A stretch of 64,000 nucleotides of DNA from Octopus vulgaris (lineage: Eukaryota), in the NCBI GenBank assembly GCA_951406725.2, contig OX597818.1, positions 123,876,001-123,940,000 of the forward strand, in the 5' to 3' direction. The first letter of the stretch is position 1. Every line of letters begins with the position of its first letter. Shown here in pieces: positions 12,204 to 24,548 of this stretch. The translations under genes were made by a program, and so were the position numbers. Below the pieces are notes generated by a model that did not search any database, was not told where the DNA came from, and was given only the letters and a program-made list of their open reading frames with translations.

Positions 12204-12585
12204 TAAGTAGCTTGCTAACCAACCACATGGTACCGGGTTCAGTCCCACTGCGTGGCATCTTGGGCAAGTGTCTTCTGTTATAGCCCCGGGCCGACCAATG
12301 CCTTGTGAGTGGATTTGGTAGACAAAAACTGAAAGAAGCCTGTCGTATATATGTATATATATATGTATGTGTGTGTGTGTGTCTGTGTTTGTCCCCCTAG
12401 CATTGCTTGACAACCGATGCTGGTGTGTTTACGTCCCCGTCACTTAACGGCTCGGCAAAAGAGACCGATAGAATAAGTACTGGGCTTACAAAGAATAAGT
12501 GCCGGTGTCGATTTCCTCGACTAAATGCGGTGCTCCAGCATGGCCGCAGTTAAATGACTGAAACAAGTAAAAGAGTAAAAGAGTA
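12204..12585 (+). mobile_element. SINE family B
   Basis: Matches 10654-11103. Confidence 0.88.
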
Positions 12586-12957
12586 ATGCAAATTTAAATT
12601 ATGCGATGAGGGAAAGACAACGTTAGTTTGTCAAGTACGGGAGAGAACTCTGCACCTGTTACAGTATTATTAAATCTAAATAAAATTAAATCCACTTAAT
12701 TAGCAGTAGTAGCGATGAGATAATTACGGTAGAAATAATAATATGCACAGACAGTTATAAAAACTATTGTATTCTAAAAATAGATCATCGCATGACATCA
12801 TTGACTAGACGCTATTTAAATTAACTGTAGACTAAAACAATACATTTTAGTGTTTTTTTATTTTGTTTTATTTTTATTTTTGTTTTTTTGTTTTTGTTTG
12901 TTTTTTTGTTTTTCCAGTTTCAGCTCTTGAGCTGTGGCCATGCTGGGGCACCGCCAT

Positions 12958-13122
12958 TGTGGTGAAAGAGTACAGCAGGGATCACCACCCCCTGCCGGAG
13001 CCTCGTAGAGCTTTTAGGTGTTTTCGCTCAATAAACTCACACAACGCCCGGTCTGAGAATCGAAACCGCGATCCTGCGACCGCGAGTCCGCTGCCCTAAC
13101 CACTAGGCCATTGCGCCTCCAC
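12958..13122 (-). mobile_element. SINE family A, 5' part
   Basis: Matches 6444-6609. Confidence 0.8.
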
Positions 13123-13270
13123 TTTTGTTTGTTTATGTTTTTGTTTTTGTTTTGTTTTGTTTTGTTTTTTGGTGGGGGTGGTTCACATTTCTAAAAATAT
13201 AATTTTCCTAAGTGTAATCGAGAGGCAAGTGATTTGATCTGAGACCATGAATTGAAAGTAAAACAACAAC

Positions 13271-13677
13271 AGCGCAGGAGTGGCTGTGTGGTAAGTAGCT
13301 TGCTCACATGGTTCCGGGTTCAGTCCCACTGCGTGGCATCTTGGGCAAGTGTCTTCTGTTATAGACCCGGGCCGACCAATGCCTTGTGAGTGGATTTGGT
13401 TGACGGAAACTGAAAGAAGCCTGTCGTATATATGTATATATATATAAGTGTGTGTGTATATGTTTGTGTGTCTGTGTCTGTCCCCCCTAGCATTGCTTGA
13501 CAACCGATGCTGGTGTGTTTACGTCCCCGTCACTTAGCGGTTCGGCAAAAGAGACCGATAGAATAAGTACTGGGCTTACAAAAAGAATAAGTCCTGAGGT
13601 CGATTTGCTCGACTAAAGGCGGTGCTCCAGCATGGCCGCAGTCAAATGACTGAAACAAGTAAAAGAGTAAAGAGTAA
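13271..13677 (+). mobile_element. SINE family B
   Basis: Matches 10654-11103. Confidence 0.88.
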
Positions 13678-14394
13678 CAGTGTAGAAGATACATATTAGC
13701 CATCCATAAACGAAAATGATTGTTAACTTTCTTCTTTTTTTTTTACGTTGCTTTCGCGGATTCCTCTGACTCTGTCCAGTTCCATTATTATGGATTTGAA
13801 TTAGGAGCTTGAGCAATTATTAATCTTTCATTTGCTGACAACCTAACCATAGATGCCATCCCTTTCGATGTGTTGCAGATATTCTCTGGATAGAACCTGG
13901 TGGCCTTGACCGTTGATCTTGTAGAATCCCTCCGCTCAGCATCAATGTAAGAAGCACCCTTGGCTCAGTTGATCTCTTCCCCTACCTTTTCACAATCCGC
14001 CATACTGCAGTCCCATGACTTCATCGTATTCCTGGCAGGAGAGCTGAATGGGTGCCATGCCTTGCCAATGGGTAGCCCGTAACTATGCAGAGCAATGCCG
14101 TCACTCCATGAGGTATTTTCAAATTAATTGCATACCCGATTTACGTTAACTACACTTAAAGATTTACTATTTGATATGAAAATTTTCGTCACACTATTCT
14201 GACACTATTCCACTGATGAAAATATTGAATAAAATGTAAATGAAAAAAAAATGGTATCACAGGGGCCATGCATACCCTGAACGCAAGGTAAAGTTTTTCG
14301 CAAATTATAGTGTGGCTTACAATGTGTTGCTTACCCATGCTATTTAACTGAAGTGAATTAAGCTTTGTAAGTGTTTGACTAAATTTGCTTGTCA

Positions 14395-14876
14395 AGAAAT
14401 TTGTAAGTTCGACTTTTTAAAATGTTTTTTTTTCTTTTTTTAAGTATCACCATTATAGGTATTTATACTCCGGTTAAATTAAGAAATCAACTCGTAAATA
14501 AACGAAACCCACGAATCCATCACTGTACACACACACAGAGTCGCATATCTGTGTATGTAAAAAGGTACTCACACGTGTCTATGCGCATAGGTACACCATG
14601 ATCTATACACACGCAGACGAGGGTCGATTCGTGTGAAAAAGAAGTGAACAAAATGAAATAATTATAGAAAATATTGCATAGAATTTGAGAAGTGTTTTGA
14701 ACGTCTTTCGATGATAGCAGGTGAATCAAACGTACTATATAGTTCGTTGTAGGATATAAATATGACCACTTACTGATTCCAGAAATTTGTAAGTTGGATT
14801 TTTTAAAACTTTATTTATACTCCGGTGAAAGTAAGAAATCAACTCGTAAATAAACGAAACCCTCGAACCCATCACT

Positions 14877-14927
<51 letters not shown>

Positions 14928-15143
14928 ACACACGCACACAGTCGCATATCTGTGTATGTATTTATGTATGTTTGAAGGTAATCAAACCAAATTTTCATCA
15001 TTTCGAGCCACTCACCAAAATAGTATTTCTGCCAAATTTGGTGAAAATCCGTTCTGCCGTTTTCCGGTAATTTTGCAAACACACAGACAGACAAAGACAA
15101 GTGGTTACAATCCCCTGCGCGTGTAAGCGAAAGCAGGGTAACA
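14395..15143 (+). mobile_element. probable Helentron-associated non-autonomous element (HINE/DINE-1-like) with an internal tandem duplication
   Basis: 14395-14560 is duplicated at 14781-14960. The 3' part has GCCAAATTTGGTGAAAATCC, (ACAG)n and a terminal stem CCCTGC..GCAGGG followed by TAACAA. Confidence 0.4.
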
Positions 15144-15296
15144 AAACCTTTTTTTTTACAATCGACTTTTTCTATGTGATTCCAAAATGGAAAGTACAAA
15201 TTAAACACTCCAAATGCAGTTAAAAATCAACTTTTTATTCTGAAGAAAATTCACGTACTCAGAAATATCTTAATTTTTATCTACATATTATCTACA

Positions 15297-15676
15297 CGGT
15301 TCCGGGTTCAGTCCCACTGCGTGACACCTTGGACATGTATCTTCTATTATAGCCTCGGCCTGACCAAAGCCTTGTGAGGAGATTTGGTAGACGAAAACTA
15401 AGAGTAGCCCGCCGCGTGTGTGTGTGTGTCTGTATGTGTGTGTGTGTGTGTATGTGTGTGTGTGTGTTTGTGTTTTTTTGTGTTTTCCCCCAAACACTGC
15501 TTGACAACTGGTGTTGGTGTTTACGTCTCCATATTTAACGGTTCGGCAAAAGTTACTGATAGAATAAGTACCAGGTTCAAAACAAAAAAAGAAAAGTCTG
15601 TTCATTTGATCAAAAAATTCTTCAAGACGGTGCCCCAGCATGGCCGCAGTCTAATAACTGAAATAAGTAAAAAGAA
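15297..15676 (+). mobile_element. SINE family B, diverged
   Basis: Similarity to 10654-11103. Confidence 0.8.
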
Positions 15677-15720
15677 AAAGTAATTAGAAGTATATTTTCA
15701 TTAAAAAAAATTTAAAACAC

Positions 15721-16321
15721 GGACGCAAGCGTGGCTGTATGGTGAGAAGTTTGTTTCGCAAACCACATGGTTCTGGATTCAGTACCAACACATGGTACCC
15801 TGGGCACGTATCTTCAACTATAGCCCCGAGGCCGACCAAAGCCTTGTGAGTGCTTGATTGACGGAAACTGAAAGAAGCCTATCGTGTGTGTGCGTGTGTG
15901 AATTTTTTGTTGTTTGTCCCCCACCACAGCTTGACAACTGGTGTTGGCTTGTTCACGTCCCGTAACTTAGCTGGTCGGCAAAAACAACCGATAGAATAAA
16001 TACCAGGTCTATAAATAAGTACTGGAGTCGATTTGCTTGACTAACCCTTTAGTATTTAAACCGGCCATATCTGGCCAAAATATTTAATCTATTTTATGTT
16101 CAAACTGACCAGATGCAGGGCTCTCACACCTACCCTACAATGTTATTCTACATTAGGTAATTACACCATCAAGATCTTGAAGATATGAAATAATGCATGA
16201 TTAATTCAAATCAATGGGAATCAATAAGCATTATGTTTGATTGAATGATCAGAACACTAAAGGGCTAAACCGTTCAAGGCGATGCCCCAGCATGGCCGCA
16301 CTCCAATTCGTGAAACAAGTA
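15721..16321 (+). mobile_element. SINE family B, diverged, interrupted by a MITE
   Basis: The SINE sequence resumes at 16265 after the insertion. Confidence 0.78.
16045..16264. mobile_element. piggyBac-type MITE inserted at CTAA
   Basis: TIR CCCTTTAG/CTAAAGGG; CTAA duplicated at 16041-16044 / 16265-16268; same family as 39716-39934. Confidence 0.8.
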
Positions 16322-16518
16322 ACCCTAAACGGATAAAAAAAATCCTTGCCACCGATGTCGTCGTCGTCGTTGTTGTTGTTTAGAACTATGATGAAAACCG
16401 TGGAAGTCTTGACCGTTCCACTTTTTCATTTTTCCAGTTTGTCTTAGAGGGCTTGCTAAAACCATGGGCACAGGCCCGTCGTTTAAACCAGTCCAATATA
16501 AATCGAAAATACAACGTA

Positions 16519-16742
16519 TTTCTTTATTACCCACAAGGGGCTAAACATAGAGGGGACAAACAACGACAGACATAGGTATTTAAGTCGATTACATCGACCC
16601 CAGTGCGTAACTAGTACTTAATTTATCGACCCCGAAAGGATGAAAGGTAAAGTCGACCTCGGCGGAATTTGAACTCACAACGTAACGGCAGACGAATCCG
16701 GCTACGCATTTCGCCCGGCGCGCTAACGTTTCTGCCAGCTCG
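16519..16742 (-). mobile_element. SINE family D, near full length
   Basis: Reverse complement of 62141-62351; tRNA-like head GAGCTGGCAGAAACGTTAG..GAGTTCAAATTC. Confidence 0.85.
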
Positions 16743-16917
16743 AAAATACAACCGCCTGTTGTCCTTCCCTCATCTAAGGTGGGTAAATACGATTTAAGAG
16801 AGGTCTGGCTACTTTTTGTAGCTTGTATTAGCATTCACGAAATGCTTTCCAACGTTTCTGTGACCTCATCACACTATCTCGTTATAATGAATGACACCCT
16901 CTGTTCATTCCAAAAAA

Positions 16918-17629
16918 GGGTACTACTTAAGAAGAGTGGTCCCGGTGCGCGCACTCGCGTTAGCTAGTCGTGACTAGTCGTTCTTTACTTTGGGTTTTAT
17001 TTACTTTGTGGATCTTTTCGGTTTGAACGGCAGTTTTTCTAGCGGTGTCATATGAAATTGTCACCCATAATTATGACCCTAGTATCGATCTATTGCATTT
17101 CAATCTGTTTTAGGGTTAGGGTTAGGGGTGGGGGAAGGGTATTTTTTTTCTCCAGAAATGTAAATAAACCCAATCTGTTTCTTAAACGAGGGACATATTC
17201 ATACGGCACAGAATGTTTTCAACTCAATAGACGTCATTGATTGGTTGAGATTGCAGAAATTGAAGAAAAGAAAACAACAAATATCTTACAAACTATAGAA
17301 TTTTCTCAATAAAGCTAAGAGAAAAAGACGTTTTATAAACAGATTCTACCAGTATACGAAGTTTAAAAGTGTTTAGTTTCGTGGAAATTATTTTTAAAAA
17401 CTGCCGTTCAAACCGAAAAGATCCTACTTTGTTTAAAAGAATTATTTACCTTGTTTTTGTGTTTTATTTACTGTTTTAAAAAAATTATTTAGTTTGTGTA
17501 AAAAAATTATTTTATGCTTTATTTACTTTGCTAGGTAGTCGTTGTAGGATCGACTAGTCACGACTAGCTAGCGCGGATGCGCGAATACTCGAGTGCGCGC
17601 ACCGGGACCACGCTTCTTAAGTAGTACCC
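16918..17629. mobile_element. non-autonomous DNA transposon with long CpG-rich TIRs (contains a nested element)
   Basis: GGGTACTACTTAAGAAG.GTGGTCCCGGTGCGCGCACTCG..CTAGTCGTGACTAGTCG at 16918-16980 is inverted at 17552-17629. Confidence 0.75.
17010..17424. mobile_element. MITE with ~29-bp TIRs and 8-bp TSD, nested
   Basis: TIR GGATCTTTTCGGTTTGAACGGCAGTTTTT; TSD TACTTTGT at 17002-17009 / 17425-17432. Confidence 0.85.
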
Positions 17630-17904
17630 AAAAGAGAAATCATAACCTCCAGAAGAAAATGTCCTAAATACTTTTATATCCTCTTTCCACATTCTTCCGT
17701 TTGGGGAACAAAAACGTTGATAGTTTTCGTCATTTGTGTTATTCAAAATTTAAAACCCTGCGACACTTAACTGTTACTCACAATACCCTAGAGCAGTGTT
17801 TATCAACCATTTTTTTTAACCAACGGACCCCTCTGATTTCTATTTTACTTGGACGGATCCTCCTAACCATTCGATCTTTTTAAAAAATATAATATAACTA
17901 AATA

Positions 17905-18180
17905 TTCGATTCACTTCAACATTTAAGTTTAATTTGTCAAAATATTTTCGTCGCTTTAAGACCGCGACCTGTTCGCAGCACGGATTTTCGTCAGTGAACA
18001 GGTCGCGGTCTTAAAGCGACGAAGATATTTTGACAAATTAAACTTAAATGTTAAAGTGAATCGAACAGCTTTTGTGTGTTTCTTAAATGGCTTACAAACA
18101 CCTTCCACGCTGCAATTGTTTTCGTTTCAGCACACGATCTCAGATCAAATCACTTGCTATGCAAGTACATCTCCGTAATT
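17905..18180 (+). mobile_element. Penelope-like fold-back remnant with a hammerhead-like motif
   Basis: 70-bp inverted arms at 17905-17974 / 17996-18065; HHR-like fold at 17990-18034. Confidence 0.55.
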
Positions 18181-18439
18181 AAATATTAACAAGACAAGCT
18201 GTGGTGCACCTGAGCACTGTATACAATAATTTCATTATTATTATTATTATATAAGACCTGTTTTAAAAAAAATTTGTTAAAATATATTGTGTATTGTAGA
18301 AGTATAACCAATTTACTGCATTAAATTTTAACAACAAAATCTTATATGGACCCCGAATGGGAACACTTGTTAGAAAAACAGGACAGCCTTGCTCTGCTCT
18401 GAAACGCCTAATTAGTGTTAGTGCGTGTTAAACAATTAA

Positions 18440-18754
18440 GGGTTAATGTTCTTTAACCGGACGTTGATATCAGTTGGAGCACGCATGCGTTACTCAGCAG
18501 CAGTAGACATGACTGGCGTTGTCTCTAATGGACAACGATATCATCAATCGTTAGAACGGATGTGTTTATGTGTATATATGTCGATCCCGTCCCTCTTGTT
18601 TAAATAACCGTAACTGTGACTCCTCTAAGAACTCCCCCAGTCGTTTACCCAAAGCAGAACAGGCCTGTTGATAGGCCGAATTCGTCTTTCTTCGATGCCT
18701 GACTCGTCTTTCTGTTAACCCAACCATTCTGAAAAAAAACACTTCAATCACACG
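18440..18754 (+). promoter_or_regulatory. putative promoter/5' UTR of BORCS6 exon 1a
   Basis: Repeat-free, CpG-containing stretch just upstream of the start exon; NRF1-like palindrome ACGCATGCGT at 18481-18490. Confidence 0.45.
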
Positions 18755-18786
18755 ATGGCATCTTCGGCCTTGCTTACACAGAATCA
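18755..18786 (+). CDS. BORCS6: BORCS6 coding exon 1a (MASSALLTQN-Q)
   Basis: ACGATGG Kozak context; in-frame TAA upstream (18716-18718); donor CA|GTGAGT; phase 2 matches exon 2 (CA+G=Gln). Confidence 0.7.
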
Positions 18787-19749
18787 GTGAGTTTACTTTT
18801 CAAAATTCATCGATTAATTACAATGTAAATTGTTTTTTTTTTCCTACCTTAACATTTACATATATATGGATTAATACGCGCGCACATGTAATTATATGGA
18901 TTACTGTATACACACACATATATACATCATATGTGTGTGTGTGTCTTCACATTTCACATTATAAATACACTTTTATAAATGACTATTGATTTTTACATGT
19001 CGATTACCTATCAATATTTTTACACGAAGTCATTGTCAAATTGTTCCAATATGAACATTATTATTTAAAGTTGTAATTTTTTTTAAAATTCTGTTTACGA
19101 TTTTTTAAAATTATTATTGCTATTATATGTTGGTTTAAAACATAGGCAAAGTCGCATATTTTGAAGAAAGGGATATAGTTTACTATTCTATCCTCAGTAA
19201 GTCACTGGTACTTTATTTTATCGAACCCCTTTGAAGGATGGAAGGTAAAAGTGGGCGGAATTTTGGAATAATCTTGTACTTCATTGAAAAGAATATATAC
19301 GGAAGTGGTGAGATATTAAAAAATAAATTAATTTATGGACAAAAACTTTTTTTTTTTTCCAGGATCGTATTTCCGTTGTATTAAACTTAGGAACCCCAAA
19401 ATAAAATTTAGAAAAATGAAAACGAATGGGGGGTGAGGATACCCTTTTTATTTCTTAGGAAGTATGGGACTTCGAAGTTACAGCTATTCCAAAACTCCAC
19501 CCGTAATTGGTTGTGGTTTAGCAAACGTTATCTAAACCATAGTAAATATCAGCTCAGCGGGTTTCGTTTTAATACAAAAATATTTAAAGATAACAAGTGT
19601 TATCGCATTTCATTCCTGTTTAGCGAAGTTAAATTATTGGAACTGCTATGTTTGAAATACATCTATAAAACCCTTTGCATGATGGATCGTGTCCTTTAAT
19701 GTTTGATTTCGTTCCACTTATTCTGAGTCACTCCATCCTCTCAAACGCC

Positions 19750-19790
<41 letters not shown>

Positions 19791-20494
19791 ACAACAATTG
19801 AGGAACGGCCTCAATAGGCCATTCGACCCACTAGAAAGAGCAGCCAGGACTCAAACCGCCAAGTAGTAGTAATTCAGAAATTAAAGGAAAATTAAAAAAC
19901 ATTTACCCATTTCATCATATATATATGATTTTCTACGTTTTCACATTGTCAAAGACTTGTTTTTGTTTTGAATCAATATTACAACATCGCTTAATTCCTT
20001 CCTCGTAACGGTTTTGAAATTTCATATACTATCTGTTGATTTTTCGGCCATAGTAATGAGATTTTTGCAAGCGAGAGTTGTCAACAAACATATTAACTGC
20101 ATGCAATAACAAGCTTTCATATTTTCAGTTTCTGATGTGACAACTACACTCTAAACACACACCGTATATCAGTGACCTAAACTATATTTTATTTCTTCTT
20201 AAGCGGTATTATTCTCAAAAGACAATGTTGATTCCTTATATATATACGGGTATATAGTCTCACTCTAGCGTGTCTAAATTTATAAAGTAATATTTTCATT
20301 CCCTATAATAGAAAAAAATGTGTTGCCTTAATTAATTTCAAAGTAATCGACATGTTTACTGTTAAATTTTTCCCGTGTCCACAATTTAAATTAACCTTTT
20401 ATCAATTACTTGTCAAAACGGTCCCCCTACAACCACCATACACAGAGGTGTGGGGGAAGAACCAGTTTACCATTATATATTCCATGGTACTCTG

Positions 20495-20600
20495 ACAATT
20501 TCCGCCACTTCCTTCACGGGTGATGAATTATCTTATGCTGGATGCTAGGAAATCAACATTGCTACTTCCGGCTCAAGAGAATGTGGTATACTTTGACTAA
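20495..20600 (+). promoter_or_regulatory. putative second promoter with ETS/GABP sites
   Basis: ACTTCCGG at 20564-20571 and CACTTCCT at 20506-20513 in non-repetitive sequence. Confidence 0.4.
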
Positions 20601-20629
20601 ATGCAGACGGCCATTCTGAATAAGAACAG
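20601..20629 (+). CDS. BORCS6: BORCS6 candidate alternative first coding exon 1b (MQTAILNKN-R)
   Basis: ATG..AAC AG|GTTTGT, phase 2, compatible with exon 2 (AG+G=Arg); weak Kozak context. Confidence 0.4.
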
Positions 20630-21284
20630 GTTTGTTCACGTTGCATTTCACGTACTAACTAGAAAGACATTTCTGCAATCTTCTTTGGGGACATCATTTT
20701 GACTGTACTTCATCTATTACAGTCTGAAAATGGACACGCTGTAAAACCAAATATCTAAGTTTTCTTGTTGAAGTACCAGACTTAACTGGACAACACTTAC
20801 TCTCACTTTTTTTTAGCCTTCAGTCATATTTTAGATAGCATCAACAATATATCATCATCATTGTTTTAACGTCCACTTTTTCATGCTTGCATGGGTTGGA
20901 GGGAATCTGTCAAGGTGGATTTTCTATGTCCAGATGCCCTCCCTGTCACCAACCCTCACCCGTTTCCAAATAAGGTAATATTTCCCCATGGCCAGACATG
21001 CTTTCACAGAATATTGGAACCAAAGGACACCACTTGCATAACAGTGATGCTCATTTACAACAGACATGATGTCAAAACAATGACCTCACATGAATCTTTT
21101 TACACATTCCACGTAAATCAGTTGTGGGCAAACTGTGGGTCCCATGGGACTTTCTGAATGGTACACCAATGAAAATCACCTTGAATGTTTTTAGTAGTGC
21201 AGCCTGCCTGATGGTAAACCATGTCACATGTGGCCCACTTCTCTAGAAAGGTTACTCATACCTGCTGTACATGTTACTAGATAT

Positions 21285-21674
21285 AGGTGCAGGAGTGGCT
21301 GTATGGTAAGTAGCTGGTTTACCAACCACATGGTTCTGGGTTCAGTCCCACTGCGTGGCACCTTGGGCAAGTGTCTTCTACTATAGCCTCGGGCCGACCA
21401 AAGCCTTGTGAGTGGATTCGGTAGACGGAAACTGAAAAAAGCCTGTCGTATATATGTATATATATGCGTGTGTGTGTCTGTGTTTGTCCCCCTAGCATTG
21501 CTTGACAACCGATGCTGGTGTGTTTATGTCCCCGTTACTTAGTGGTTCGGCAAAAGAGACCGATAGAATAAGTACTGGGCTTACAAAAGAATAAGTCCCA
21601 GGGTCGAGTTGCTCGATTAAAAAGGCGGTGCTCCAGCATGGCCGCAGTCAAATGACTGAAACAAGTAAAAGAGT
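21285..21674 (+). mobile_element. SINE family B
   Basis: Matches 10654-11103. Confidence 0.88.
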
Positions 21675-24134
21675 ATGGTTCTTGCTCTATATATATTTAT
21701 CATTTAATGTCTATCTTCTATTCTGGAATGGATTGAATTGTTTAACAGAAGCCAGCAAGTAGGAGAGCTGTACCAGGCTCCATTCTCTGCTTTGGCATGG
21801 TTTCTGTGGTTGGATGCCCTTGCAAATATCAACCACTTTACAGAATGTACTGGGTGCTTTTTATGTGACACCAACACCAGCAGGGGCGCTAAATAACTTA
21901 CAAGACAAAGACGTCTCGGCTGAGGGAATGGTACTAAAGGAAATGACTTTGTACCAGATGAGAGATCAAACTATAATAGAGAGATAGACTGATGTCTTAC
22001 TATGCCGGAGATCCTTGGCTACCCCTGTAGGAAAAGGAGAGGAAGGAGAGATAGTTATAAAAAAATATAGACACTTAGTGAGAGAGAAATAGATGGTGTT
22101 GGAAATGCATCAAGACTTACCCACATGGAACTGTGGGGGTAATAAAAGTGGCACATGCGGGGATAGAGGGGGATATTTCATAAGAGTGTGAGGGGAGATG
22201 TTTAGAGATGAGAAAGAGGTAACTAGCAAGTGATGGTTAGAGAAATTGGAGTCATGGGTGTGTGTGTATGATGTGTGTTTATTTGCATGTATGTATAAAC
22301 AATTTATGTTAGCTGGCATTATTTACCATTCACATAGACATATGTTCATTAGGAATTATTTTACAGTTATTAGTAGAAGCTTTCTTTTTGTGTATTTTAT
22401 TATTATTTTTTTTACCTCTAATTTCTCTAATGGGTCAAAGTGAATAATAAGAAAAATAATTTTGGAGTTTGGACCCAAACCATTAAGCAGGCCAGCCATT
22501 TAGAATTTTAATGGTTCATTTGAATAATGGAATAACTATGGTGCATTGTAGAATCAACAGTCGTTGAGGAAATCAATGGATTTTAGAGTGGCTATTATTT
22601 GTGTAATATTTTTACTATTATATTTTGCTAACTTTTATTCACTCATCATTGTTAATGTCTGTGCATCACAGGGTAGTTGTAAAGTAGAGCCACTGTCCAT
22701 ACACTCAGTGCCAGCTGTGTCCAGTCTTCCTTGAAAATGTATCCAGCCATGTAGAAATGCTCCCTTACTTTGGAAACAAGTGAGGGTTGGTGTCAGGAAG
22801 GACTTCTGGCTGTAGAAAATCTGTAATGAATTCCGTCCAGTCCATTTATGCATGGAACAGTGGATGTTAGAACTTACGATATATATCATGTTTTACATGC
22901 TAGTGTAGGTTATACAAATTGTCGCAGTCTAATTCAGTTCTTATTTTGAGGTAGTACCCTCCTAGACAAGTCAGAGAACCCTGTTTGCTTATATTTGTAC
23001 ATTCTATTTTCAACATAGTCTCTATGGCTGGATACTTTTCCTAACCCCAAACTGCTTTATAGTGTATACTATATAAATACATACACATCTGTATTTGTGT
23101 GTACTTATCTATTATTATTTAACTATATATTATTGTCACACAACAAAATATATCCTTTTGTCACCCTGTCCAATCCTTTGTACCACTTATATTCACCTCT
23201 TTGTACATTTAGGATCCAATACATCCTCAACACTTTTTCTCTCTCTTTCCAACTGGGGTAGCCAAGTATCTCCAGTACAGCAAGACACCTGTTTCTATCA
23301 CTCTATCATACTTTAACCTCTCATCACCTACATCATCATCTAGCTGTAGAAACTGTACCGAAGCAAACAGTAGAGCTTTGTGCAGTCCTCTGGCTCGACA
23401 GCTCCTGTCAAACTGTCCATCCCTTACCAACATGGAAAAACAGATTCCTCATGGCTATACATGTTTTCACAGAAGACCGGAAACAAATAACATTGCTTGT
23501 ATGATAGCGATGCTCATTCACCATCATCACATGGTATCAAGATGAGGGTCCAGACACACACAAACACATACACACACTTGATTCCTCTCACTTGTAAATC
23601 TAAGGTTTCAGGTTTATGATCAGGGAAATCCATCATTTAGATGATGGGCATTCAGTTGTCTGATCAACCGATCCACATACTTGTTAAATTATTATAAATC
23701 TAAGTGGTTGTGTATTCCACAAATATGTGTTCCTTTATGTGATAAGGCTGGGTTTTTTTAAAATCCAGATCCAATCCATCCCATGGACTTCCACACAATT
23801 TCCATCCATGTGCCCAATTTCATTCACAAGACTTAGTCCTACTTGGAGTTATGGTAAAAATGAGTTCAAACTTGGGACTTCAAGATATAATATAAACTTC
23901 TTAGCCACTTGGTTTGTGAAAAAAAAAAACTTAATCTAAAACTAAGATAGTATTCAAACAATTTGATAAAAACCTGTTTAATTATACCAATTATATTCTG
24001 GCTGAGTACAACACCCTCTGAAATGTTAATGTGATAGAGATGTCATATTAAATGTCATTAGTATACAGATCTGGTACATTTCATAGCAGTACTATAATTT
24101 GAGTTGGTTTTTAATATGACTAATCTATGTTTAA

Positions 24135-24527
24135 CCCTTTGACTGCAAAATTTAATTTCATAGTTATTCCAGCACTGATGTAGGCGTTTTCTGCAAGTCA
24201 CTTTGCCTGAATAAACTTGACACTGCAACAAAAAAACAGTTTCAAACTTGATAATCCTTAACACAAGATAGTGGTATATTAACCCTTTTGTTACTGTATA
24301 TATTTTGAGATGCTCTGTGTTTCTTTCAATTACTTTAAATATACCAAAGAATTTAATAAAATAACTTAGTTATCATTCAGCTGATGTTAGGAACTTAAAT
24401 TGTGACTAAGGTTTGGTGGAAGATTTTAATTCAAAACTTATGAAAACAAGACATTTGTACTCAGAGCCAGAGCCGGTTTCAGCCGGGTTGGTAACGAAAG
24501 GGTTGAGCTGCTTTCAGCAGTTAAGGG
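24135..24527. mobile_element. piggyBac-type MITE containing a second nested piggyBac-type MITE (24283-24502)
   Basis: Outer TTAA|CCCTTTGACTGC..GCAGTTAAGGG; inner TTAA|CCCTTTTGTTAC..GTAACGAAAGGG|TTGA. Confidence 0.6.
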
Positions 24528-24548
24528 TAATGAAATTTTGAATAGTTA

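Noticed and set aside
17109-17133. TTAGGG repeats as an interstitial telomere
   Set aside because: Only about three units, internal to a MITE.
17975-18000. Minus-strand CTGACGA as a canonical hammerhead core
   Set aside because: It does not close a convincing stem I or II; the + strand G3-C8 reading explains all three helices.
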